A stretch of DNA of 62,804 nt, counting the filler, from Phoronis australis (Eukaryota > Animalia > Phoronida), in NCBI GenBank assembly GCA_002633005.1. It is 8 parts of 8 records of this genome, joined end to end, with 100 filler letters (N's around TTAATTAATTAA, not from the genome) between each part and the next. Parts side by side here need not be neighbours in the genome. Positions count along the whole stretch, not along the records: positions 45,261 to 55,555 come from NMRA01000500.1; positions 55,656 to 58,022 come from NMRA01003712.1; positions 58,123 to 62,804 come from NMRA01001676.1; 5 more parts are not named here. One strand, written 5' to 3'. The notes under the pieces are model-generated. The model was given only the letters and a program-made list of their open reading frames with translations. It did no database searches and had not been told where the DNA came from. Below, piece by piece: positions 51,083-62,804 of the stretch. Position 1 is the stretch's first letter, and every line of letters begins with the position of its first letter. The translations under genes were made by a program, and so were the position numbers.

Positions 51083-54000
51083 GGCCAACTCCATAAACTG
51101 TTTTCTTGCATGTTTCTACTGGTAATGGAAATGGAACCTCTGTTACGAGACCAAGTTTATGAAAGTAAAAGAACCAATTTGATTTTTGGGTCACTAGGCT
51201 AAACAGGGCAAAATTCAGCTTTGATTGATTGACTGAATCATAAGATTTGTGGGATTGACGGATAGGTTTTATAGTATACAAATCTTGAATAACATACAAT
51301 TGTATAAGTAACAAGACATTCAATAATATGATGACATAAAAGTACAAAATAATGCAATTTACCAAAACACATAACAATTCAATAGCATTACACAACCTAT
51401 TCAACTTGCAATAAAGACATACAAAACATCTCACCAATTTAAGATACAACAGGGCGGACTAGTTAGATTTTATTTTTTCACCTTTTTCGTTTTATAATTA
51501 GCACAAAATAAACGCTTCATCAATCATGACAAAGTTTTGAGACTGTCGTCATCCCATACCAACAAGCAAGCTAAGAGGCGACAACTAAGGGTCAGTATTC
51601 ACTTAATCCATTCAAAATTAAAATTTAATCCTGGCATGGAAGGTTTGCCAACTTTTCTGAAGATCCGTCACATAACTAGAGGATATTGAAGTACATGCTC
51701 TCCTCAATATAAGCACGCCTGCCATCCACCATAATTCTTCCATGCCGTATGGTTGACAGGGACTGAGACACATAAGCAAAACAGACCTCCTTACCTTGAT
51801 AGTAACTTTTTTTGCCAAATTTGTTAAACATCCATCAAGGAACTTGGCATCCTCCCAAAAATTGCACATGCCCAGTTGAACTGGCACACCAGCACAACAC
51901 TAACTGACAGAATGGACAAAACAGAAATTGAGGTAACAATCTTGCATCAACTAGTAGTATGTGTAGATTGACATCGGCGGTGTACATGGAGGCACAGTAA
52001 AACTGTCATTTTTGCCAATTATTTGCACTTTGAAATTGAAAACCATTCCATAGTGATCAGATTATATAAAAATAAAATTCATTCTCTGTGAAAACAAAAA
52101 GGTTCATATCAATCTTAACACCAAGGCATATTTGTGGAAACAACACTGAAAAGCCACACATGTAAAATTTCTGCACAATATGAAACTTAAAAAACAAATG
52201 AACCTGAAGTGTCTGTCAAAGTAGTGCACTGCACAAGAATGTAGTGCCATGCATTTAAGTAGACACTAAGAGACTATAATAACATCCAAAGCACCTAACA
52301 CAAGGTCCTTGTTTATAGCTTGTTCCACAGCTTATGACTGCTGTGGTCAGATTCACTTCATTTCAGAAAAAATCTATTGGCCAAGTTTTTCCACAGAGCC
52401 TGAAAGAAGTCGGCTAATTTAGCGATAATAGGGTATTCATAGCCTTCCCAAAGCTTTTATACCATTGAGATGGGGGCACAAATCACAAATGATCCTTGAC
52501 GCAGCAAAACTCCTTCAACATTATAAAAATGCACTCCCTACTTTGAGTACACAAATTCTACAACTTTTGCAATTGCACTACCAGTAAAAATATGCATTAA
52601 CATAGTGAGGGTTTAATTAAAAGGTAGCTAAACAAATAATAATAATATTCTTGTAAAACTAACAATGGTGAATTGAAATTGTTACAAATAATTGCAAGAC
52701 ATGCAAGCTACGAGAAACAAAATGATGTAACATTTTTTAATGACAGTCAATTAACCAACGTCTATTGCAGAATATTAGAATGGAAGATCACGAGATTAGA
52801 GACCAATCTTCATTCCTAAGAGCACCCAGGCGCCAAAGTTCTCAACACACTTTCTATTTTCTGGCACATACAGAAAAAGCTGCAAATGCATCTTTGAACA
52901 TTTCATTAACTGCAGATAAAATCTGTTCTAGAACAGTAGTCCCTAAAGGGCAGTACAAATAATAAGTACGAGGTTCCACATCACATCCAAATCCTAGATC
53001 AGCGCAACGATTTAGGAATCAGGAAATTGTGTACCAGAGACAAAATCAAGTAGCAGTACTACCTGCGTATCTTGGTGTAAATGAATTTGCAGAAAAATGT
53101 CACCAACTTCAGACGAAATTATTGACAGTACTCATTCTTCATTTTCTGTAGCTTCTAACCTGGTTGTGAATTCCTGCAATATTCTAAAACATTATCTGGT
53201 GTTAGCTAAATTAGGAACTCGAACACGGAAAACATTATTACCTATCGTTTATAAAATGATAAACTAAAATTTCACGTGTCTGTCATATTGAGTCCTACAA
53301 TGGTGACATTTTCCCATATCCATCCAAAATCATGTCCACACTGACAACTTGGTCCTGTTCAGGCAAGCCTCTGCATTACAACTGTATACCTTTTGACAAA
53401 TATGGCACAAACATGACTAGACATCTGTATGCATGATAACACAAAGTAGAATTACCCACCTGAGAATATACCACAAAACCATGGAAGAGAGAATTCTTGC
53501 AGTGAGAACACCAATCTATAGTCCCGTTTAGACATTAACGTTTGAAACAGTGCAACTGACACAGCCCAAGATGATCGGTGTCAAGAGGCCGTTAACACAA
53601 ACACAAATCAAACTGTGACAAGGCAGAATTTTCAGGCAAGGGTGCAGAGTACACATGTGCAAGCAGGCAAATTCATCGTCATCGTCGTCGTCGTCTTCAT
53701 AATCATCACTATTATTGTAATTGTTGTTTTTATGGTGCTTCTACTTCCGCAAGTGTACAAAATTCGTGATGTTGAGTTTTGCGTCAACTGATAAACACTT
53801 TCATTAGTAGGCCTACAGCACATAACCAAGCATTTGAATTGAACCCAGTCTTGACAGATAACAGTCTGTAATATTCTGACAATTTCCTGACAAACCAAAA
53901 GGTGGTCAGGCTTAAAGTTAAAAGAAAAGCTACTGAACAGCTCACTGACAAATCGTAGAAATTGCACAAAAATTATCGCCTGTATATATGAGCGTTTTTG

Positions 54001-54878
54001 CACATGCGCAATAGAAATGAATCCTCCCACCTTACCACAGTTTTGAATTTAGACATACAGTTGACATGGAGCAAGATGATCGGGTGCAACTTGATCTACC
54101 TCACAAACGGGTGACAAAAGTTGTCATCGTGGACTCAATTTGCTCTGCATCGGTTCTATTTACACACTTACTTGCGTCCAATCATCTTGTTCAGTGTCAG
54201 CTGATCCATGTCAACGGGACTTGTGGGGAAAGCAGAGTATACACAGGACCAAGCACCTTCAAACATGTGATTACCAAAGTCTGCTGTTTGCACTCATTTC
54301 CAAGCTGAGAATAAAGTATTTAACCACAGACTGTCAAAAAGCAGATACCCACATTTTTGGGCAAGTGTTATATTATAACGCCACATTGATATAAATACAC
54401 CCAGACAACATTTAAACTGTCAACAACATCTAAAAGCTATGAAGATATTTCTGAGTCATCCGGTACGACAGCATGTTGTCTTCTTTTTATCACAGTCATC
54501 AGGCTGATCGAGTTTAAAGGGATAAAAGGACCCAGAATTCATCTGACCATCTCTCACAGAAGAAGATATCTGCAACCAAAAAGATTGAGTAGAACAGAGT
54601 CCACAAGGCTTATAGTAATTCTTCCCTCATTTAGCGCACAGTAGGGTCAACACGAGAATCCTGTTTTGTTCAACTTCTCCACTCACAAGAATTGACATAA
54701 GTAACATTTTAGTTCATTACCCAGGGCTTGGAATGACCAATGATAAAAAGGAGGAAAATATTCCAGGTGATGAATCGTTCCACTAATAAATAGGCTGCTG
54801 AGATAGAAATATTTAATTTGTGTTGTCAAATTTAACTGAAATGAACGCTTTTGAGTGAATAATGTCAAAACAATTATT

Positions 54879-55554
54879 AACAAGAGCAACGCGGAGCATT
54901 GAAATGCACCCACGAATGCATTGCAAATGGTCTGCTTTAAGGGTTGTTTATTTGTATCATAAAAATGGAAACTAGATGGCGCAAAAACATACAATCCATC
55001 CAAAAACAGGAACATGCCATATTTCATAAAAATCTGTCAAGGAACTTCAGAAAAACAAAGGAAAACAGAATAAAATGAAATTGCCACTAGTGGGCACAGT
55101 GTCCATTGGATCTGCCTGAAAGTGGTCGTTGTCTGTTGTTATCTTCATATAAATACACTTACTAAATTTAGTAAAGATCTTGTAGTGGGTTTAAGAGATA
55201 CAACTATGGGCGCAAAACAAAACTACCACTAGGAGGCACCACAGTAATCAGTCACCATGATCAAAGGTCGTCTTCATACTGAGAACATATATGACAATTT
55301 TCAAATGAATTGGTTGATACAGGGATGGACACCTAAAACAAGATTTGAAAACAGCATAAGTGGCCACTAGGTGGTGCAAAATACCTCGATACCGTCCAAA
55401 AACGGGCAGATAGCATCATCACACCAATAGATGCCTATATTTAAAATTTTATGGAAATCTGTTGAGGACCTTTGAAGATACTGAGTTAAACGTAAAAAAC
55501 TAAATTGACACTAGGGGGCACACCAGTAGTCAGATCTGTCTGAAAGTCGTCGTC
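54879..55554 (-). mobile_element. Second HINE copy (3' part, inverted, truncated by a gap)
   Basis: Reverse-complement match to about 24010-24678, starting AACAAGAGCAACGCGGAGC and containing CCACTAGnnGGC motifs. Confidence 0.85.
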
Positions 55555-56393
55555 ANNNNNNNNNNNNNNNNNNNNNNNNNNNNNNNNNNNNNNNNNNNNT
55601 TAATTAATTAANNNNNNNNNNNNNNNNNNNNNNNNNNNNNNNNNNNNNNNNNNNNAGACTGAAGACGTCGAGACGTTTGGTGAGGCATTGCAAACGAAGC
55701 ACACGATCACACTATCTTCTTTAGCGAGATTTTTGCATCTGCGATGCTTATCAGAGAGCAACAGACAATTTGTAAGGGTAATGAAACGTGGTTACGTGGA
55801 TGTACATTAGTTTTTGATATGTGTTATAGCACACCGGCGTTTACACAACATAGGACAGGGTGCAATGTCTCTGTAACAATTGCGTGTGCGCCGCGCCCCT
55901 TTCTGAGTGCTGGGCCTTGCACTACGTTTGATTTTGAACCAGCTTTACTTTGGCTCCGTCTCATTCGGCTGCTGCTGTTCACTATCTACACTACTTTGAA
56001 CGCGCGATATCCTACGGACAGACTTAGATGTGGCCTATTGTGAATGGGGGCCTAAACAAAAAATAGTTCTCATCACGTCAAGAATAAAATCCGGACACGT
56101 CGCCCGGAGATTTTAGCCACTAACAAGGGCATTTGCAAAGGCCAGGACGTTTTCAAAATAAAAACGTTTCGTAAACACGCAAGTTGATGTCAGGCGTGCA
56201 AGTTCAATGTCACAGTCGGAAGTCGAACAACACGGTCTAATTAAACCAGAACACATGTTACGCTACAACGAAAAACTGCAGCCTTCGGTGTATTTCCCAT
56301 TTGTATTTTCATCAGAAATTTGCGGCATGCGGGACTCGGTGACTCTTTTCATAGCTAAAGCGCCAAACACAAGCTATACGCAAGACAATCGAG

Positions 56394-56770
56394 TAACGGT
56401 CATGACATCGTCAAGACAAGGTAAAAATTACAAAGCCCGTTACACCAATTCTCAGATTCAAGCCTTATAGAGTAGTAATCATCCGTTGAACGCTTTAGTG
56501 AAACGGGAGTTGCGTCGATCCCAAATTAGCGTTTCTAAAATTTTCCTTGTCCGAAAGTCGCGGGGCAAAAATCCGACGATAACGGTCATGACATCGTCAA
56601 GACAAGGTAAAAATTACAAAGCCCGTTACACCAATTCTCAGATTCAAGCCTTATACATGTAGAGTAGTAATCATCCGTTGAACGCTTTAGTGACACGGGA
56701 GTTGCGTCGATCCCAAATTAGCGTTTCTAAAATTTTCCTTGTCCGAAAGTCGCGGGGCTAAAATCCGACG
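56394..56770. repeat. Direct tandem duplication of about 186 bp
   Basis: TAACGGTCATGACATCG...AAATCCGACG occurs at 56394 and 56580. The copies differ by a few SNPs and a 6-bp CATGTA insertion. Confidence 0.92.
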
Positions 56771-57794
56771 TTTATGACATTGTCCGAAGTTCGAAGATCA
56801 TTAAAAAACAGTTTTTGGACCTTGTACGAATTTCGTGGACTATGAAAAACTCATTTCGGAAATATTTATTCTTGGTAGAAAATGGCGGGCCGTCCGAAAA
56901 TCACGCGACTTTACCGTAGGTTCCTTGATTGTAATGAAGTTGCTTTTCTTTAAATCAATTTCAATTCTGGGGACTGTTAGAATCAAGAAATTTCCAAAAT
57001 CACCATCTGATCTAGAATCACCATCAGTTAACCTTAGGTAATTGGCAAACAAGCCTATTATGTTGTTACATAATGCTGTGGTTAAGCAGATCAGTGTTCA
57101 GTCACACCTTTATGAAACCCAGGTGATTCTCTGAGGGTCAACTGTTTTTTGCTGATAGTATTTAATAAAAATCTTTTTCATGACATTTGTTAAAAGGTGG
57201 TTAGCATCAGGCATGCTGTTGAGAACATAATTGCTGGATTATATGAGCTTTTCTGAATAATGAGATCACTGGACTATGTTAACATTAGCATGCTAACTTC
57301 GCCTTTGCTAGCACTGTCAAACTGTGTTCCTGCTCACAGAAATTGAGAAACTCGCCCCACAGTACGGGGGCATCATGAATTTCAGAGCATTGGGGATCTG
57401 TCATATATTGCATGTGGGAAACCAGGCTCAGTTTTTGTAAGCTTGACACTGCCGGTCATTTTATGCATAATGGCCCTAAACCTGGATGACGAAATGATGG
57501 GTCTTTCCTAGCCGAGAAATAGTCTGAAAATAAAGTATACTGTTTTATAAACTTAAGAGTTACTAGATGTCTTTTTACTTATAGATGACGTGTTTCATTT
57601 TGCAACTTTATTCTTGAAGGATATTGCTCTGATCTGTTAAATATCTCTAATAAATTATATTTTCCTAATATCCAAGATTTATGAGAATTAGACCTCCTCT
57701 CCTAACCTGGCATTGTTACAGCAAAATTGTTTTAAGAGTTTAAAACTGTTAGGTTATGTACTTAACACAGGTTATTTAAAAGTGCACACATGTG

Positions 57795-57886
57795 GTCTGA
57801 TGTAACGTGCCCGAATTTTGAGAACCAGTTCCACTGAAACATCAGCATCAAACTGGTTCTCAAAATACGGGTATGTTATATCAGAC
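57795..57886. repeat. Hairpin with 36-bp arms and a 20-nt loop
   Basis: GTCTGATGTAACGTGCCCGAATTTTGAGAACCAGTT pairs with AACTGGTTCTCAAAATACGGGTATGTTATATCAGAC with 4 mismatches. Confidence 0.85.
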
Positions 57887-58122
57887 TATTGCCCTTATTG
57901 GAGCAAGGGCTGTATTATGCAATGGTTTGTGTGTTTTTCTTAATTCTGAAAAGTCGTGAGTAAAACAAAGATTGTGCCCAGTTGGCTGTCGAACTAAAAG
58001 TGTATTGATATTCACAAATAATNNNNNNNNNNNNNNNNNNNNNNNNNNNNNNNNNNNNNNNNNNNNTTAATTAATTAANNNNNNNNNNNNNNNNNNNNNN
58101 NNNNNNNNNNNNNNNNNNNNNN

Positions 58123-60253
58123 GCGCAGACGCACAGTTCACAGACCTGAAGGTGGTACCCCGTTTTTTCTTTTCAGTCTTTCCGCTTTTTTGTTAGCAAA
58201 AGGTACACTTTGTCGGAGATTCGAGCCCCCCCCATATTAAAGGCTGAGTGCGCGCATGTTAATCCACCCAATAAGCGATGGTTATTTAGTGAGAGTTGGA
58301 TTTTTATGAGGATTGTGAGAGAACAAGAAAATTACTCGAGCAAGATGTTGACCAGATGGTTTTCTCCTTCTCATGTGATCAGTAACGCTATTTTTGACCG
58401 TGATAGCGAGAATCCAGACAGTTAGGTAGGCCTACTACAGCACATCGACCTCTCTAATATACAGATTACTGGCTTTCACGGAAGTCAATATATAGTTGTG
58501 AGACCCCCAAAGTTGATAATGACCGTTAACGGCATTACATATGTAGTCCAAGATAATTATTTCAACACTGAATCGCCCCATAATTACTTGGATAAACGTT
58601 ATTTTTTCAGCAATTTTGAAGTTGGAGCACGAGACTAAATGTCTGTCTTGTCTTACGTCACTTTTCATGAAACCAACCCCAGCTATGATCCCCGGGGATA
58701 TTCGTTTAGCAAGATTAACTTCAGAAGCCGACACTCCCATTTCGGTTGACATATCATTCATATCAGGCTGACAGTAAACAGGGGCGGATCCAGGATTTTG
58801 AGTTAGGTGGGGGGCCAGGGCACGGAAATAACCAGAATTTCGGCAGATGCACGCGCCCAGCCTAAAATGTGCGGACGTAGAGGCCTCGAATGTTTGAGGT
58901 TGTACGGACCTGTTGACTAAACAATAAAAAAACGGTAGACGGGGTTTGTTCAGTTTGTTCAGGGCCTATGCATTGTTTATTCATCCCCAACGAACCCCTG
59001 CTTGCGCGCACCCGAACTCCCAAATGGTGTCTGGTAGAATTTTAGGGGGCGCATGGCCCCCTTGCCCCCCCCCCCNAATCAGTTGCGTAGATTTTTTCAT
59101 CTTCATTGTATCTAAAACCACTCCCTTACCTTAAAACCGGTAAGATTTGACGTTATTTTACGTTTTTTTGGAAGATTACGTCAACACAAAATTTTTATAA
59201 ACTTGATATCGTCCCGTGTAGCAAATGGACCATTTTACGCTTTGGGATTCATATGGAACATCATGTTTTCGTTTCGTAGATGCAAAAATCTCGCGAACTT
59301 GTAAGATCAAGTCTGCGCCAGATTTTTCCAAGTATTATTAGCGGAGCACGTGTTCACTCTGCCTTGCGTTTACAGAACGCAACCTTGGCCTCCCACCTAC
59401 CTGCTTGCTGGAAACACTGGGCTACGTTCCAGTAGCGGATTTAGAGGGGGGTCAAGGGGACCATGCGCCCCCCCTAAAATTCTCCCAGATTCCATTTGGC
59501 AGTTCCGGGCTGCGAATGGTTGACGGGCAAAATCCTGGCTAATACCCTACCCTGGGCCCCCTAAATCAAAATCCTGGATCCGCCCCTGCGTTCTATGATT
59601 TTATTTGTATGTTTCATTCTGCTTTAGACTGTCGGCGTCCCATAATTTATTTCAATAGTGAAGGGTCCGTCTAACTGTAAAAAGGCCAATGACTTGGGGT
59701 TCTTTCCCACTGGAAGCCGGTGAAAGAATGTAGCCAAAAAGAACCTATGACTTGTTCATAGAAATTGATTCCGCCACACTTCACAAATTTTATGCAGTAA
59801 GCAAGGCACCGACCCTGTTAGTAAAAGTCTAATTACGATCCGGGGTACTGGTCTCTGTCTTAGGTACTTGGTGAGGTCTTGGAGACCCATTTTTCTAGTT
59901 GTATTAAATTGCTCTGGATGTTGATTCCCGGTCCTGCACCCAATATAGTGAGTGGTCAGCTGAATGAGCAAGACCTGGCGCTATTAGGCATATGTTCATT
60001 AACCGCATATATATTATATCTATTGACCATGACCCTCACGCGCGCATCCAGCCTTTAATATGGGGGGCTCGAATCTCTGACAAAGTCTTTTGCTAAAAAA
60101 AAGCGAGAGGACTAAAAAAAAACGGGGTATCACCTTCAGGTCTGTGAACTGTGCGTCTGCGCTGTTTAGTTTTTGTTTCTCTGAGGCGAACCTTTTTACC
60201 CACTTCGCCAAATAGGGGTGCTCGTTCGAGCCTTCCGAGCCCCCCCTGGCTCG
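58123..60253. repeat. Two inverted copies of a short dispersed repeat/MITE (58123-58256 and about 60039-60253)
   Basis: GCGCAGACGCACAGTTCACAGACCTGAAGGTG...CCCCCCATATTAAAGGCTG is present in opposite orientations. A related end lies at about 62739-62804. Confidence 0.7.
59430..59588. mobile_element. Complete hAT-like MITE with an apparent 5-bp TSD (CGTTC)
   Basis: cgttc|CAGTAGCGGATTTAG...GGATCCGCCCCTG|cgttc. Relatives lie at about 5368, 10751, 45433-45555 and 58779-59075. Confidence 0.7.
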
Positions 60254-61265
60254 CTGACACTTTTCCTCTTTTTGGTGTAAAAGATTTTTATAAATCTCTC
60301 AGAGATGCGAAATCAAGATAAATGATGCTATGAGTTTGCACCTTCAGCCATAGTGAGAGTCCTTTTTTCACGTTCTTGTTAAATGTTGACCGCGTGATAG
60401 TGGCGATGTCGAGAGGTGAGCTAAGGTGACAACAGCTCTCCCCACATGATAGCCACCTGCATAAGAATTAACTACTAACTTAAACTTGTAGTAAAATCTC
60501 TCTTTTCGAAAATGTGGGTGTACAATTGTCTGTTCCGACAATTAAATACCACACGAGATGAACTCTAGAATTTCAGTTTTCAAACCACATCACTAAGTTC
60601 GTGTTGATTTTTACACACTCATGAAAAAATCGTCTAACATGTTGGGCGAAATATGCACCTTTTCTGAAGATTGTTTAATAGTACATTCCTCCTGGCATCA
60701 GTGGGCTTTTATTGGAGACGGTGTCTGTTTGTTTTTACGTTTATAAGTATGTTTCACCGAAATTATGCTTGAGATTTTTCCCTGTTTACTCTTTGAGCCT
60801 GGCTAATTCCTGTTGACACCCTCCAGTGTGGTCCATTCCACTCCTCAGAGACACTTGAGCCTACTTTTAGGAGCACGGTATTTGAAAAATCGAATCTAAA
60901 GGCAAATTGTGTCGTTGCTGGCTAACTTGATAAGTCAGTCACAGGCAATAAGTCTTGACTAGTTCTTATCAAACTATAATCAGTGAATGATTGATTTTAG
61001 TTTTTGATTTGTCAGTACTGCTGCTTTGAAGTGAGAGGAAAAGTGCACGTCACATCCACTCTTATTACACTTCGATTCACTAATTTTCCAGCGAAATCGG
61101 GATTAGTTTCAATAATCGATATAACTTCATTGATTAGATTTCAAATGATAGATCTGTGACGGCCGTTGACATTTGTGTACTGATCATAACGCAATATCAA
61201 ATGAATGACCCTAACGTCTTTGCCTGGGTTTGAAAAAATAATATCCGTGTGTTGACGTTCGGCGT

Positions 61266-62740
61266 TTAAAGGGACTACTTTTTCGAATTTACGACCGAAA
61301 AACGCGATTTTGAGATTATTTTTGGGTTTGACGAACTTTTATAAGTTATTAGTTTCAAAGGAGAAGAATACCTTTTTCATGTCATTTTTAGTAAAAATAT
61401 GGTTCGTAAATTATCCCAGATATATGTTTCAGTTAATTACACCTTCCCGTAATTTTATTAATTAGTCGGGACCTACTACTCGGGAAGTGACGTTTAGGGG
61501 GTTGCAATTTCTCGCCATTTTGTTTCCGGCAAAAAGTCCCTTCGAGAAAGGGACCTGTTTCTCGAAGGGACTATTGCCGGGCTTCTGTCTTTTGACTTTA
61601 GCCAAAAGTGACCACGAATAACAAAAAGGTTGATTTAATCTTTTGCGTTCCTCAAAACGTTTCTTCTCAGAAGTTGAACAGACTACGGCGGATTTCTGCC
61701 CTTAACTTTGAGTTGTTGACTTTCAGCATTTTATGTTAGCCTGTTCGCGTGAACAGTCTATGCCATCCGTAGACTGAATTTTAGCCGAAAGTCAATAAAC
61801 AAAAGGCCACAAGGCTGCGAATGATCGATCGCGACAACTGGTAGTCAGGATGGTAGCCTGCGGTGCCTGTGTCGTATAGACGCCGAAGGCAAAGTCGGCA
61901 AGAAACGCCGAGTATAGAAAATTTCCATATGCGGGTTAATGTGGATGCAAAAGGGTCACACAGCGTTAGACAGTCAGTAGAAGTCGCAAACTTCACATCG
62001 GAAGTATAGCGGCGTTGAATCTTCCAGTTCAGTGAAGCAACCAATGCCTTACCGCTCCAGTCCCGATGGTCGCGTCAGTCAGGGTCACGTGCTTAATCTA
62101 CAGTGCTGCTGCGACGAACAGAAAATGTCGCTGTAGTCAATCGTGAACACCGGAAAATTTCCCAAACGCGTTTTAGGTATTGTGCCGTCGACACTGGCTG
62201 GTCCCAAAGTGCGTCAACGGGTCCCCGTAAACGTCGTCAGCGTATGGTGGAAACGCTAATAATCGTGCGAGGACGGTGGTGAAGACACCATAACGGCATC
62301 TAGCCAATGTAAATGTAAGTTTTCGTACAATCTTTGCCACACACGTACTACGTTTATACGGACTTCTCGGTGCTTATATTACGGCCTTCGTGACCTGGTT
62401 CTCGTCAATCCCGCTGGCACTGAGCTGCATGGGTCAGATCGCAGAATCTTGGCGCTTGTTTTGAACACGCTCAGAAAAACAGATAGCTTTCGGGGACTGA
62501 TCGGCGATCATTCGCGACCGTGGAGACCACAGCACGATATATCTGGCGATTCCATCACGCGTATGACACGCTTATGGCGTTCTTGAGACGCACTTTGGGG
62601 GCATGTCGTGTCGCCGCAGACAGCGCAGTAACGCCGCTCCCCGGTCAGTCACGGGCCTTCAGGAACACGCTTTCTCTCCAGTGGCGGATTTATAGATTCC
62701 ACTTGGCAGTTCAGCAGGGTGCGAATTGCTGACTATAAGC
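61266..62740. mobile_element. Possible left part of a TTAA-targeting (Kolobok-like) DNA transposon
   Basis: TTAA|AGGGAC start, a strong hairpin at 61526-61580 and an abrupt shift to CpG-rich sequence. No matching right end or transposase motif is in the window. Confidence 0.3.
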
Positions 62741-62804
62741 GCGCACCCAGGGGGCTCGGGGGCAAATGCACAGTGCATCTTGAACAAACCCCGTTTTTTC
62801 TTTT

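Noticed and set aside
54644-54685. - strand ...KLNKTGFSC* resembling a prenylated GTPase C-terminus, followed by a long UTR-like region
   Set aside because: The acceptor is poor and the frame very short, and it lies upstream of the Rab exon on that strand, so it cannot complete that gene.

Overview
AT-rich animal genomic DNA, most likely from a marine invertebrate draft scaffold. It has spliceosomal introns, many transposon relics and artificial gap spacers (N-run, TTAATTAATTAA, N-run), so most short ORFs in the track are spurious and the genes were spliced by hand. (1) The main discovery is a phase-consistent 8-exon + strand gene (7712-17223, about 958 aa). It joins a bacterial-type ParB/sulfiredoxin-fold domain (IEAIDGNH), an in-frame 7x18-aa repeat, and a C-terminal Tudor/BAH-like aromatic beta-barrel. 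It lies among decayed reading frames and next to an 83-bp palindromic tandem array, so it may be cargo of a large mobile element. (2) A 2-exon signal peptide-SEA-cbEGF-EGF-TM gene (22530-26105) carries a Helentron-type (HINE) element rich in CTCF-like motifs in its intron. (3) On the - strand are exons for two tandem WSC domains (34331-45001). One WSC domain is split by an intron with TSD-like ends, and the other intron holds an internally deleted Sola3-like transposon (38103-43985). (4) An orphan Rab-type P-loop exon lies at 45611-45732. (5) There are also relics of an L2-group LINE, a Penelope-type GIY-YIG, tRNA-derived SINEs, hAT-like MITEs and a likely Tc1/mariner excision footprint. All family calls come from motif recognition by eye; no searches were run.
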